64,000 bases of DNA from contig CAXHJY010001399.1 in the NCBI GenBank assembly GCA_964016885.1, forward strand, positions 1 to 64,000. The letters run 5' to 3'. The position numbers were made by a program, and so were the translations under genes. Every line of letters begins with the position of its first letter. Position 1 is the stretch's first letter. Of this stretch, positions 30,474 to 44,130 are shown piece by piece. The DNA comes from Eledone cirrhosa. Lineage: Eukaryota. Below the pieces are notes generated by a model. That model was not told the DNA's origin and did not search any database. It saw only the letters and a list, made by a program, of their open reading frames with translations.

Positions 30474-31168
30474 AATTAAGTTAAAAATGTACATCCATAT
30501 ATGTATACTGAAATACTAGTATGCATATGAATACACACACGTATACATATGTAGATGTACCAAGTCTTTCACTGGTTACTTTACTGTGAGTATCCAGCTA
30601 TTCTGTATGTAAACACACAGACAAACCGGTTTTTAGAGTCATACTGGTTTTTGAGGAAACACCTTTCCTCTATTCTCCAGAAAGCCAGACAAGGAATATT
30701 GAACTAGTTTCGTTGTTGTTGAACCGGTACGTACTCACACTCTATGCAAATTAGTCTGCCCACTACTAATTTTCATAGAAAAAGCATATAACGATATGTG
30801 CTTTTACGATTCTCCAGAAAGGCCGGTAGATAGGTAAATATTGCTGATGAGTTGTAACAACAACGAAACTAGTTCAATATTCCTTGTCTGGCTTTCTGGA
30901 GAATAGAGGAAAGGTGTTTCCTCAAAAACCAGTATGACTCTAAAAACAGGTTTGTCTGTGTGTTTACATACAGAATAGCTGGATACTCACAGTAAAGTAA
31001 CCAGTGAAAGACTTGGTACATCTACATATGTATACGTGTGTGTATTCATATGCATACTAGTATTTCAGTATACATATATGGATGTACATTTTTAACTTAA
31101 TTGTTTAAGCGTCAGTCATACAAAAGTGAGTTACAAACGAAACGAAATTTAATTTCGTTTCGTTATTT

Positions 31169-31172
<4 letters not shown>
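30474..31172. mobile_element. Fold-back PLE pLTR: 247-bp arms 30474-30720/30856-31102 plus tail
   Basis: Near-perfect inverted repeat; tail ends in hairpin AACGAAACGAAAT..ATTTCGTTTCGTT; TA both sides. Confidence 0.85.
30837..30881 (+). ncRNA. Minimal type-I hammerhead
   Basis: AATATTG-CTGATGA-GTTGT(AACA)ACAAC-GAAA-CTAG-TT-CAATATT. Confidence 0.85.
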
Positions 31173-31218
<46 letters not shown>

Positions 31219-31220
<2 letters not shown>

Positions 31221-31406
31221 CGAAGCGAATGTGGTAAGGAACCAGGTGGACCATAATGCACCAAAGTACTCAATACTTAGGGTAGTAGAGTGGGTAATAG
31301 GAACGAGTAGGACCCCGACGGTTGAGCTCAACCTTTTCGACGGCTAATTTAGTCCAGAATTAGCCGTCGAAACGGCTTGAGCTCAGCCGTCGGGGTTCTT
31401 CTCGTT

Positions 31407-31411
<5 letters not shown>
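31219..31411. mobile_element. Short fold-back element (tail 31219-31296, palindrome 31297-31411) with hammerhead 3' half
   Basis: GAAACGGC-TTGAGCTCA-GCCGTC-GGGGT; TA-flanked. Confidence 0.8.
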
Positions 31412-31447
<36 letters not shown>

Positions 31448-31618
31448 ACATATATACATATGTATATATATATGTATATATATATTAAAATAACAGATTA
31501 AAGTATATATATATATATATATATATATATCTTATACCCCCTCTCTTGTGTATGTATCTTATATATATATATATATATTTATTTTTAAAATCCAAATTCA
31601 ATAAACAGACCAGGATTT

Positions 31619-31678
31619 TTTCATTCTGAGGATTGAAAGCAACATTTTTTGCTTTTAAGAAACCACTGGTAAATGGAA
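31619..31678 (+). ncRNA. Hammerhead, same family as 6544 (core CTGAGGA)
   Basis: Only N7 differs in the core. Confidence 0.8.
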
Positions 31679-31700
31679 TAATTGCCTTATGTTGTTTATT

Positions 31701-31817
31701 ACATAACTATTAAGCTCTGTTACCTACATAGAGCACTCTTTTTTTCTGGACTTTTCCGTCGGAAAAGTCCAGGAAAAAAGAGTGCTCTATGTAGGTAACA
31801 GAGCTTAATAGTTATGT
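31701..31817. repeat. 58-bp-arm palindrome downstream of the hammerhead
   Basis: ACATAACTATTAAGC..TTTTCCG-T-CGGAAAA..GCTTAATAGTTATGT. Confidence 0.9.
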
Positions 31818-32250
31818 CAGTACTTATCCCTGTTTTCATGGCGTTAAGCGACAAGGAGTAGAAGACTCCACCCTCCCCCTGGATAAGATGCCAGTCCATC
31901 GAAGGGTTAAAACGCCAGCTATTGTTAGTATATCAGCTGAGTATACTGAAGCAACGTGAAATGAAGTGTGTTGCTCAAGAACACAATACACAACCCAGTC
32001 CAATCTAAAAATCAAACCCTGGACTGGGTTGTGTGTTGTGTTCTTGAGCAACACACTTCATTTCACGTTGCTTCAGTATACTCAGCTGATATACTAACAA
32101 TAGCTGGGGTTTTAACCCTGCGATGGCCTGGAATCGTATCCAGGGGGAGGGTGGAGTCTTCTACTCCTTGTCGCTTAACGCCATGAAAACCGGGATAAGT
32201 ACTGACTGGTATAATGAGCCTACGGGCCCGAGAGAGACTTTAGACTTCAT
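31816..32250. mobile_element. SINE body in fold-back form (arms 31816-32002/32020-32206, right tail)
   Basis: Homologous to the tRNA-headed SINE at 50255-50506; arms differ at several positions. Confidence 0.8.
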
Positions 32251-32570
32251 GTTTTAATATATATATGGTGTTATCGATGAGAAAAAAAAAATACTCGGTG
32301 CTGTCTTATAACTTATCTTCCCTAAAATATAACATATTGTCTCAAAAGGGGTAGGTTTATTTTGATATCAGCTAGTTTTTATTTATGACCTTTCCAATGA
32401 AGATATACAAACGCTCCTTACGCTCGAATCTTCGCAAGAAGTTTTTTCTTTATCTTTTAAGCAACTACATCTACTCATCTCCAAATATCTCCCTCCAGTC
32501 AGTATAAGCTCTTTCACTATCTTATTTTATTCATGGTTGTGGTTTGGAGAGTCGTTTTATACAAGTGTTT

Positions 32571-32793
32571 CGGAATTGAGAGATCACAGCTCTGATGCTA
32601 TGGCAATGTGGTTAAAATGTCTCAGGAAAAAGTCACTGGGCAGATTTTACGGGTAAAGACCAACCGGTAGGAGACCCAGGAGTAGACCCCGAGCAAGATG
32701 GTTGAAAAACATCCATGAGCTTGGCTGGTTACACTTGGGGATCCAGCTGGATCAGTTGGAGACGGTTGCTTCTGACAGTATCTGCTAGAGGAG
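32571..32793 (+). mobile_element. RTE 3' fragment (family of 11661-11982)
   Basis: Sequence similarity; IERSQL..GRRP.SRPRARWL. Confidence 0.8.
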
Positions 32794-32804
32794 TGTTTGA
32801 GGAC

Positions 32805-34650
32805 TCCACCCCCACCCCCGATCTTATTCCACCCCAACCCCCACACTTATTCCACCCAACACCCGCTCTTATTCCACTCCACGTCCGCTCTTATTCCACC
32901 CCACCCCCCGCTCTTATTCCACCCCAACCCCCGCTCTTATTCCACCCCGCCCCGCTCTTATTCCACCCCACCCCCCGCACTTATTCCACCCACCCCGCTC
33001 TTATTCCACCCAAATCCCCGCTCTTATTCCACCCCACCCCCGCTCTTATTCCACCCACCCCGCACTTATTCCACCCCAACCCCCGCACTTATTCCACCCC
33101 ACCCCGCTCTTATTCCACCCCAACCCCCGCTCTTATTCCACCCCATCCCGCTCTTATTCCACCCCAATCCCGCTCTTATTCCACCCAACCCCGCTCTTAT
33201 TCCACCCAAATCCCCGCTCTTATTCCACCCCACCCCGCTCTTATTCCACCCCACCCCCGCACTTATTCCACCCCACCCCGCAATTATTCTACCCACCCCG
33301 CTCTTATCCCACCCCACCTCGCTCTTATTCCACCCCACCCCCGCTCTTATCCCATTCCAACCCCCGTTCTTATACCACCTCGCCCCCCGCACTTATTCCA
33401 CCCCACCCCCGCACATATTCCACCCCCACACCCGCACTTATTCCACCCCACCCCCGCACTTATTACACCCACCGTCTGTTATTCCACCCCAACACCCGCT
33501 CTTATTCCATCCCACCCCCGCATTTAGTCCACCCTCCCCACGGACTTACCCCCCCCCCCCCGCGCCCCTTATTCCACCCATCCCCGCACTTATTCCCCCC
33601 CACTTATACCACAGCACCCCCGCACTTACCCCCCCGCACTTATTCCAACCCAACCTCCGCCCTTATTCCACCCCACCCCGCACTTATTCCACCCCACCCC
33701 GAACTTATTCCACCCCGCACTTATTCCACCCCACCCCGAACTTATTCCACTCCCCCGTACTTATTCCACCCAGCCCGCACTTATACCACCCCACTCCCGC
33801 ACTTATTCCACCCCACCCCCGCACTTATTCTACCCCAACCCGCACTTATTCCACCCCACCTCGCTCTTATTCTACCCCAACCCCCGCTCTTATTCCACCC
33901 CACCCCCGCACTTATTCCGCCCCAACCCGCCGCACTTATTCCACCCACCCCGCACTTATTCCACCCAAACCCCGCACTTATTCCACCCCACCGCGCTCTT
34001 ATTCTACCCACCCCGCTCTTATTCCACCCCACCCCGCTCTTATTCCACCTCACTCCGCTCTTATTCCACTCCACCCCGCAATTATTCCACCCCACCCCGC
34101 TCTTATTCCACCCCAACCCCCGCTCTTATTCAACCCCACCCCCGCACTTATTCAACCCCAACCCCCCGCACTTATTCAACCCCACCCCGCACTTATTCCA
34201 CCCCAACCCCCGCACTTATCCCACCCCACCACGCTCTTATTCTACCCACCCCGCTCTTATTCCACCCCACCCCGCTCTTATTCCACCCCACCCCCGCTCT
34301 TATTCCACCCCAACCCCCGCTCTTATTCCACCCCAACCCCCGCTCTTATTCCACCCCACCGCGCTCTTATTCTACCCCGCCCCGCTCTTATTCCACGCAA
34401 CCCCGCACTTATTCCACTCCCACACCGTTTATTAACTTTTCCTGATCTCCGGAGATATTTTGGTTTAAAAAAAAAAAAAAAGTCAACGGAGACAACCTAG
34501 AAAAATACCGACTATTCCATCCAACTCGGCTTATACTAACCCCAACGACTATTCCACCCACAGCTTTTTCTAACCCCACCACCTGTTTATTCCATCTCCA
34601 CCCGGCTTATTCTACCCTACTCCCGCTTATTCCACCTCGGCTTATCCCTT
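32805..34650. repeat. ~20-bp C-rich minisatellite CCCCGC(A/T)CTTATTCCACCCCA
   Basis: Direct read. Confidence 0.95.
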
Positions 34651-34719
34651 CCCCTATTATTTGCGACCTGAGAGTTCTTTGAAACGGTTAGCTAGTTAGT
34701 CTCTATATCTGTATGTATA

Positions 34720-35030
34720 GTATGGTCCAGTAACTCCTGATAGAGTGGTAGGGGTTGCCGTAGTGACATACGGCGTTTCTTGGGTATTTTAACCCTGGAG
34801 GAGCCCACCCCTCTCCAGGCCTGACTACAGCAGATTTCTTCCAGAGAAAGAGAGGAAATGAGAAAGACATATAGAGCAAGAATCGACCCCACTGTTAGAC
34901 TGGTACTTATTTTTATCGACCTCGAATGGATGAAAGGCAAATTTGACCTCGGCGAGATTTGAACTCAGAGATTTGAGAGCAGAGAGCTGGAAGGAATACC
35001 TCAAAGCATTCTAACGGCTCTGCCAATTCA
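34720..35030 (-). mobile_element. SINE family A long subfamily
   Basis: Reverse homologue of 20075-20797. Confidence 0.8.
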
Positions 35031-35111
35031 CCTACACACACACACACACACACACACATACACACACATACACACACACACACTCATATACACATATACA
35101 CGCACACACAC

Positions 35112-35143
<32 letters not shown>

Positions 35144-35171
35144 CCACACACCCACACATACACACACACAC

Positions 35172-35210
<39 letters not shown>

Positions 35211-35524
35211 ATATATATATATATATACATACACGCACATACATACATACACAGCAGGGTAAAAATAAATTACCAAACCAAGTAACAGTAGTCGTGTAAA
35301 TAGGAAAATAAATAAATATATGTAAAATTATATAGAAAGTTTGGGGGTTAAGATATAACCTGAAATCGAACGGAGAGTGGGAGAGAGAGGAAGAAGGGGA
35401 GACTAAAGTATGAGAAAAGAGAGGGTTATAGTGAGAGGAGAAAAGTGGGGAGGAAAGCAATGGAGCAGGATTTATGGAAGAAGACAAAGAGATGGATAGA
35501 AAAATGGAGAGACAGATGGATAGA

Positions 35525-36265
35525 TAGATATATTTCTTTATTAGCCACAAGGGCGCACAAGAAAAGGGGACAATACAAAGACATGCCGGGGATTTTACAT
35601 ACAGTCGTGTAAAAAATATAAAAACAAACAATTACAACAATCGAAATCCCCAATAGGGGGAGACGCCACAAATGGGTTGTTTAATACCCCGTCGATAGAA
35701 CAACCCTCAACTTCAGGAGCGTGTTGTGCAAGTGCCCCTTTCTTCCTTTTGCTCTCTTCTTCAACCTACAGGTTTATATACAGAGAAGGCCCAATCACTC
35801 GGACCATTCACCCACCTTTCAGTAAATTTACTGAGGTGCAGTGCCTCTCTCCACTCCGATTCTCCTTCTAAAGTGGTACCTAAAGAAGGGAATGAGTTGT
35901 TGTCCTGAGAGAAAGGCATCTGTCCTCAGTCCTCTCAATCTCGTCCACCATATAATCTCTTTCACCATAGCCACTATACAGAGGAGAACCGCCTCTCTTT
36001 CGTTTTTGAAAGAAGTTGGCGGTTTGATCCTTACTATGGACTCGGCAGTCAACTGGAGCTGTCCCATACGCGACAGCAGTTGTTCTGCGTAGTTCCACAG
36101 GTCGGTTACGCCCGGGCAGTGTACAATTGTGTGCAGGACAGTTTCAATGTCCTGCTCGCATCTTGGACACGTCCCCTTGGAAGGATCCCTGCCGGGGCGT
36201 CCGTGCCTGTAGATCTTATCTCGAACTGGTAGAGCTCTTCGGTAGCACTGCCAGGCCAGGGACCT
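35525..36265 (-). mobile_element. Tx1 5'-truncated copy (diverged subfamily) with 14-bp TSD
   Basis: SLAWQCYR..WWTRLRGLRT homology to copies 1-2; TSD GACAGATGGATAGA at 35511-35524 and 36266-36279; TCTA tail. Confidence 0.9.
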
Positions 36266-36490
36266 GACAGATGGATAGACAGATGAATAAAAAGATGGTT
36301 AGAAAGACCTTTTCAATTAATGTTTAAATATATAAAGTAATAAAAAGCAGCTGGTAATTGGTTTGTTGATTTCTAGCTTTCCTACAGACACAGCTGGAAG
36401 AAGGATGAGCTCCGTCATGGGGATTCTCACCCCCTACATGATATATTACAGTTTAGTTGGTATTGGTAGATGTCTCTTATAAAGGACTCG

Positions 36491-37917
36491 GTAGTTAGGT
36501 GGATAGGTAGGTGGGTAGGTAGGTAGGTGGGTAGGTAGGTGGGTAGGTAGGTGGGTAGGTGGGTAGATAGGTAGGTAGGTAGGTGGGTAGGTAGGTAGGT
36601 AGTTAGGTGGATAGGTAGGTGGGTAGGTAGGTAGGTGGGTAGGTAGGTAGGTAGTTAGGTGGATAGGTAGGTGGGTAGGTAGGTGGGTAGGTAGGTGGGT
36701 AGGTGGGTAGATAGGTAGGTAGGTAGGTAGGTAGGTGGATAGGTAGGTGGGTAGGTAGGTAGGTGGGTAGGTAGGTGGGTAGATAGGTAGGTAGGTAGGT
36801 GGGTAGATAGGTAGGTAGGTAGGTGGGTAGGTAGGTAGGTAGGTAGGTAGGTAGGTAGGTAGGTGGGTAGGTAGGTAGGTAGGTAGATAGGTAGGTAGGT
36901 TGGTGGGTAGGTGGGTAGGTAGGTGGGTAGGTAGGTAGGTGGGGAGGTAGGTAGGTGGGTAGGTAGGTAGGTAGATAGGTGGATAGGTAGGTAGGTAGAT
37001 AGGTAGGTAGGTAGGTAGGTGGGTAGGTAGGTAGGTAGGTGGATAGGTAGGTGGGTAGATAGGTAGGTAGGTAGGTGGGTAGGTAGGTAGGTAGGTGGGT
37101 AGGTAGGTGGGTAGATAGGTAGGTAGGTGGGTAGGTAGGTGGGTAGATAGGTAGGTAGGTAGGTGGGTAGGTAGGTGGGTAGATAGGTAGGTAGGTAGGT
37201 GGATAGGTAGGTGGGTAGATAGGTAGGTAGGTAGGTGGGTAGGTAGGTAGGTGGGTAGGTAGGTGGGTAGGTAGGTGGGTAGGTAGGTAGGTAGATAGGT
37301 AGGTAGGTGGGTAGGTAGGTGGGTAGATAGGTGGATAGGTAGGTGGGTAGATAGGTAGGTAGGTAGGTAGGTAGGTGGGTAGGTAGGTGGGTAGGTAGGT
37401 AGGTAGGTGGGTAGGTAGGTGGGTAGATAGGTAGGTAGGTGGATAGGAGGGTGGGTAGGTAGGTAGGTAGATAGGTAGGTAGGTGGGTAGGTAGGTAGGT
37501 AGATAGGTAGGTAGGTGGGTAGGTAGGTAGGTAGGTGGGTAGGTAGGTAGGTAGGTAGGTTGGTAGGTAGGTAGATGGATAGGTAGGTAGGTAGGTGGAT
37601 AGGTAGGTGGGTAGGTAGGTAGGTAGGTGGATAGGTAGGTGGGTAGATAGGTAGGTAGGTAGGTGGATAGGTAGGTGGGTAGATAGGTAGGTAGGTAGGT
37701 AGGTGGGTAGGTAGGTAGGTAGGTAGATAGGTAGGTAGGTAGGTAGGTGGGTAGATAGGTAGGTAGGTAGGTGGGTAGATAGGTAGGTAGGTAGGTGGAT
37801 AGGTAGGTGGGTAGATAGGTAGGTAGGTGGGTAGGTAGGTAGGTAGGTAGGTAGGTAGGTGGGTAGGTAGGTAGGTGGGTAGGTAGGTAGGTGGGTAGGT
37901 AGGTAGGTGGGTAGATA
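36491..37917. repeat. (TAGG)n/(TGGG/TAGA) degenerate microsatellite
   Basis: Direct read. Confidence 0.95.
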
Positions 37918-38677
37918 CTTAAAGAGTAACCACACACACACATATATATATACACACACACATACACACACAAATTCATAAAAGAGTAATAGAACACTCA
38001 TATAGCATAGATGCATGTAAATCCACACGTACACTTACATATATACAGGTGTATACACCCACATACACCTCCATAAGCCCACATACAGGTGTATACACCC
38101 ACATACACCTCCATGCACCTCTATACACCCACATCAATCTTCATTGCATCTTCGTGCACATACATATATGCATTTTCATACAGCAACATACAACTACATA
38201 CAGCTACACATATATATAGATATATTCACTCACTTAAACATGCACTTTCGTGCACCTACGTACACCTTCGTACAGCTGCATATATGTATTTTCTTGCAGC
38301 TACATGCAGCTATCTGTACATTTATGCATCTACATGCAGCTACACACTCATATATATATATATATCCACTCACTTATACATGCACCTACATGTACCCTCC
38401 TGCACCTAGATACATACACACACATATTATATTGACTCACTCATATAATTACAAAATTCTGGAAGCCTAAAAAAATATCATTTCCCTCTGTTGGTGACTG
38501 GCTTAGAATCTGTTTAGAATTCAAACAAAACTGAAAGAACGTACACACACCCACCCACACAAACACACACACATCCATTCACACACACAGATACACCGAG
38601 AAAGACATACACACACACATTTCTTTTTGTGGTTTTGTGTCTATTTTTGCCATCTCACAAATATATATCCACGTGTT

Positions 38678-38709
<32 letters not shown>

Positions 38710-38747
38710 TGTATGTATGTATGTATGTATGTATGTATGTATGTATG

Positions 38748-38994
38748 TCTTTCTCTTAATTTCGAGTATATTTTTTTGACCGGCCACCTTCCTGGTGGCA
38801 AGGTTGTAAACGAAAAAAATTGTCATCCCTTGAATCGCAAGAATGTTTTGCAAATTTTGAAGGTGCCAGCTATCGCAGCCATTTGTAGACTATGAATTAG
38901 GGAGCTGCGCTCTTTGTCCGCAAATCCAAGTTCAGTCATACTTTGGTTCAAGCGGGTTGGTATATAACCCGTAACTCCAATAATGATGGGTATG
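38748..38994 (-). mobile_element. R4/Dong subfamily 2, 3' stub between (TATG)n tracts
   Basis: Matches 52348-52598. Confidence 0.85.
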
Positions 38995-39065
38995 TATGTA
39001 TGTATGTATGTATGTATGTATGTATGTATGTATGTATGTATGTATGTATGTATGTATGTATGACT

Positions 39066-39459
39066 CCTTAGCCTTTGTCAAGGTAGAATTCTAGGAGAAG
39101 GAAAACTCTGATATAACACCTGCAACCCTGATGGTATCCAATGATGTTGACTTGTTCTTCTTTTTGGTAAATATCATCTTGGTTAAGAGAGTGGGACTGG
39201 CTTTGTGCAGTGCCTTTGCTCACTATAAAAGCTTCACGGCACAGGCATTGCTTTATATCTGGAGATCTCTCTGCACTTGTCGTCACACGGTACCATGGGC
39301 CCAGCACTATGTGTCAATAATTGTCACAAGTGTAGTGTTTGTACCAGAGTTTTCAAGTCGCTGGCTGGACTAAAAAGTCACACTCGTAGGGGTTCGGTAG
39401 GGGTTCTCCTACATGGATATAAAGTAGTGGCCGTACTCGAAAACGAGTTGGCAGCCACC

Positions 39460-39460
<1 letters not shown>
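39066..39460 (+). mobile_element. Non-autonomous RTE, 5'-truncated
   Basis: HKCSVCTRVFKSLAGLKSHTR C2H2-like end, 3' hairpin, (TATG)n tail. Confidence 0.9.
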
Positions 39461-39492
<32 letters not shown>

Positions 39493-39636
39493 TGTATGTA
39501 TGTATGTATGTATGTATGTATGTATGTATGTATGTATGTGTATATATGTATGCATGTATGTACGTATGTATGTATATATGTGTGTATGTATGTATGTATG
39601 TATGTATATATATGTATGTATATATAGATATGTATG

Positions 39637-40055
39637 TTCTTCTGGTTTTATAATTTCACAAAGTGTTACCAATAGAGAGGGAGTCGGTTTCTAACATAGA
39701 CACAAGACTCTCTCATTGGAATTTACACAACATCAACTAGGTAGATATGTATGCACGCATGTGTAGATATGGATGTTATTGTATGTGTGGATGTGTATGT
39801 TTTGAGTTGTATGTGTGCATGTGTGCTTTGTATCTGTACATGTGTATATGCAGTTATTAGATGCAACATTTTTGGAATGTTTTACATATTTTTACTGTTC
39901 CATTAATGGATTGTACTTGTAATTTCCTAACTAGTTGTGTTCTTTCTGTTCCTGTGAAGCCTAGCTTCTCAAGATTTGTATTGAGGCGGTTACTAACATA
40001 CCCCAGTGCCCCAATAATCACAGGCATAAATCTGAAGGTGTAATCAGTGTGCATG
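39637..40055 (-). mobile_element. R4/Dong 3' fragment
   Basis: PVIIGALGYV..KICKTFQ + 3' UTR. Confidence 0.9.
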
Positions 40056-40086
40056 CATAAATAATCTACCTAGTTGATGTTGTGTA

Positions 40087-40488
40087 ATGGGCCCAGCACT
40101 ATATGTCAATAATTGTCACAAGTGTAGTGTTTGAACCAGAGTTTTCAAGTCGCTGGCTGGACTCAAAAGTCACACTTGTTCAGCGCATTGGTAGGGGTTC
40201 TCCTACATGGATATAAAGTAGTGGCCGTACTCGAAAACGAGTTGGCAGCCACCATATATGTATGTATATATGTTCTTCTGGTTTTATAATTTCACAAATT
40301 CTTACCAATAGAGAGAGAGTAGGTTTCTAACATAGACACAAGTCTCTCTCATTGGAATTTACACAACATCAACTAGGTAGATTATGTATGTATGTCTGCA
40401 TGCATGCTTGTGTAGATATGGATGTTATTGTATGTGTGGATGTGCTTATGCTTTGTATCTGTACATGTGTATATGCAGTTATTAGATG
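40087..40488. mobile_element. Non-autonomous RTE 3' stub (+, 40087-40254) tail-to-tail with R4/Dong 3' UTR (-, 40273-40488)
   Basis: Homology to other copies. Confidence 0.85.
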
Positions 40489-40564
40489 TACGTATGTATG
40501 CATGTATGTACGTACATACGTATGTATGTATGTATATATGTATGTATGTATGTGTGTATATATG

Positions 40565-40643
<79 letters not shown>

Positions 40644-40988
40644 ATATGTATGTGTGTATATATGTATGTATGTATGCGTGTATATATGTATGTATGTATG
40701 TGTGTATGTATATATGTATGTATATATATATATGTATATATGTATATATGTATATATGTATATATGTATGTATGTATGTATGTGTGTAGTGACTGTTGCG
40801 AAACATTGTCACGCATCAAAGAACAAAAACAAGTAGCAAAACACAAACTAGGTTTGGCCAAATAGAAAAAAAAGATATTTGCATATGTGTATGTATGTCT
40901 GTATATGTGTATGGATGGATGCTGGTATGTGTATATGTATATCATGTATATATATATATATATACGCACACACATATATATATGCGTA

Positions 40989-41074
<86 letters not shown>

Positions 41075-41302
41075 TATATATATATTTATGAGTGAAATGG
41101 CAAAAGCGTGCACACACTGAGAGACAAGCCCAAATAAATAAATAAATAGATAAATGAAATACAATAAAATAAAAGGCACCATAACTCATGCACATGCGCA
41201 TGCGTGTTCATGTATACACCTCCTCTTTGTCCTGATGTTCTAAAAGCCTAACTGAAAGCATGGTGTAAGTGTGAACAAAGAGGAGATGCACGAGAGAGCA
41301 TA

Positions 41303-41343
41303 GCCATTGATAAGGTCACAGAGTGTGACGAAAGATCTTGAGC
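41303..41343 (+). ncRNA. Hammerhead, U3-A8 variant
   Basis: TTGATAA-G-GTCACA(GAG)TGTGAC-GAAA-GATC-TT; palindrome AGATCT; stem I weak. Confidence 0.65.
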
Positions 41344-41644
41344 CTCATTAATCAGCTGATTAATGAATTAATTATCTAATTGGTTAATCAAACTGTAATG
41401 AAGTGCAAGCAATGCACGTATCTGTTTAATATATATTAGAAGTATGACCTCATTTCTCCCCACCCTAAAGTACAATTTGAAACGAGAGTAAATAAAAAAA
41501 TAATGAAAAGAATTCCGTTATCTCTATGACACACTAAACTGTGAAATGGCCGAGGACAAACCCACTGCACTGAAATGTCTCTGTATGTTTGTATGAACCG
41601 ATAACTCCTGATGGAGTTGTAGGGGCGCTGCGTGTTCTAGCTTT

Positions 41645-42065
41645 CGGTGGATTGGTAGCAGAATCAGTAGAGCATCGGACAACATACTTTGCGGCATAGA
41701 GTTATGTTCCTTTATGTTCTGAGTTCAAATTCTGCCGAGGTTTACTTTGCCTTTCATTCTTACGGAGCGGAGGGGGGGGGGATATAATAAAGTACCAGTA
41801 AAACACTGGGGTCGATTTCATCACCCCCCCCCCCCCCAAAAAAAAAATTGTTGGCCTTATGCCTAAATCAGAAACCATTGCGGGCGGTGGATTGGCAGAT
41901 CGGTAGAGGGTTGGACGCCATACTTTGCAGCATAGAGCTACGTTCCTGAGTTCAAACCCAACTGAGCTTAACTTTGCCTTTCATTGTTACGGGGTCGATG
42001 AAATAAAGTACCAGTAATACACTGCGATAATTGATGGTCTTGTGCCAAAAGTACAAACAATTATT
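41645..42065 (+). mobile_element. Two SINE A copies; R4 RT fragment follows at ~42090-42215 (-)
   Basis: SINE motifs; KKTPGRDMIAGYWYK. Confidence 0.75.
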
Positions 42066-42938
42066 TTATATATTTTGACCAATAGAGGGAGCTGGTAGCA
42101 ATTGATAAGATACATCCGATAGAATATCAGTGTTTTGTACCAGTAGCCGGCAATCATGTCTCTTCCTGGTGTTTTCTTATCTTGGAGTTTTCCTACCACA
42201 GTCTAAAGGGTACCCTCACTTATTTCGTGTGTTTTTGTTGTAGTGTATGTCTATAGTGAAAAAATGTGTGCGTAAGTACATATGTGAGGGCAAGCATATC
42301 AGTGTATGTGTGACCACAAATACGTATATAATATATGTTGAAAAAGGGGGAGGGAGATATGGGAAAGAGAGATAGGGGAGATAGGGGGATGAAGAGAGAA
42401 AGAGAAGGGAGAGAGATGGGGGGAGAGGGGAGAGAAAGAGAAGGGAGAGAGATGGGGGAGAGGGGAGAGAAAGAGAAGGGAGAGAGATAGGGGGAGAGGG
42501 GAGAGAAAGAGTAGGGAGAGATAGGGAGAGAGGGGAGAGATAGGGGAGGAGGGAGAGGGACAGAGAAAGGGGGAGTGAGAGGGAGAGAGAGAGGGACAGA
42601 GAGAGAGGGGGGAGAGACAGTTAGAGAGAAATGAAGTTCTGTTGAGGATGAAACGAGTTTCGTCTTTAGATAAGCTAAACGAGGAAAAGTTGAAGAGTAA
42701 AAGAGAAGTATTAAAGAGTTCCAATTTTGAGAAGTATTAAAGAGTTCCAATTTTGAGAAGTATTAAAGAGTTCCAATTTTGAGAAGTATTAAAGAGTTCC
42801 AATTTTGTTAGTAAACCTTGTGTGGTCAAATGTGTCCCATCACAATATACAGGAATAGATTCCAGAAACACAAACATGGAGTTGCTATCAGATATTTGCA
42901 GATTATACAAGAATATATATATATATATATGTGTGTGA

Positions 42939-42987
<49 letters not shown>

Positions 42988-42999
42988 AGTGTATATATA

Positions 43000-43055
<56 letters not shown>

Positions 43056-43089
43056 TGTGTGTGTGTGAGTGTATATATATATATATATA

Positions 43090-43138
<49 letters not shown>

Positions 43139-43153
43139 ATATATATATATATA

Positions 43154-43216
<63 letters not shown>

Positions 43217-43266
43217 GATTCTTACGATCTTGTCTCTATGCTTATCTTTCCAAACCAGCGTGGTCG

Positions 43267-43318
<52 letters not shown>

Positions 43319-43319
43319 C

Positions 43320-43405
<86 letters not shown>

Positions 43406-43823
43406 GTGTGTGTGTGTGTATATGCACATATATGTATATATATGTGTGTGTGTATATGTATATATGTTTATATGTATATTTATATAACGTGACTGGTTGT
43501 TGAGTAATACACGCACGCATATCACATATATGTCTGGATATTGAATATATATATATATATGTGTGTGTGTGTGTATATACACAGTATCTGTGCGATGAGT
43601 AATAATAGATTATGTTACCATTTTTAGCATTCTATACAGTTACGGGGTGAGACATACTGTAGAGACAATTGTGGGAATTTATACAAACATCCGCTTGGTA
43701 TCGACTTTACAGTCACGTGTTTATAGAAAATGGAAGAGAGTAAAATTTCAGTTTAACACATTTTTATTCGTATTCTCGTGTGACACGTGTTTCGCTGTGT
43801 TTTGGCATTGAATGAACGTATGA

Positions 43824-44130
43824 CTGGTCCAGTAACTCCTGATAGAGCCGTAGGGGTGCTGTATTGACATACGGCGTTTCTTCGGTATTTTAAACCTGGC
43901 GAAGCCCACCCCTCTCCAGGCCTGACTACAGCAGATTTCTTCCAAAGAAAGATAGAAAGAAAGAGATATAGAAAAAGTATCGACCCCAGTTCCAGACAAG
44001 TACTTTATTTATCGACCTTGAAAGGATGAAAGGCAAAGTTGACCTCGGTGGCATTTGAACTCAGAGAGCAGAAAGCTGGAATGAATACCATAAAACATTC
44101 TACCCCACGTTCTAACGATTCTGTCAACCT
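43824..44130 (-). mobile_element. SINE family A long subfamily
   Basis: Homologue of 34720-35030. Confidence 0.8.

Noticed and set aside
36491-37917. Telomeric repeat
   Set aside because: Unit is TAGG/TGGG, not TTAGGG or TTAGG
32715-38034. Proline-rich ORFs of 270-567 aa (extensin-like look)
   Set aside because: Open in several frames of stop-free minisatellite and (TAGG)n repeats; no gene structure
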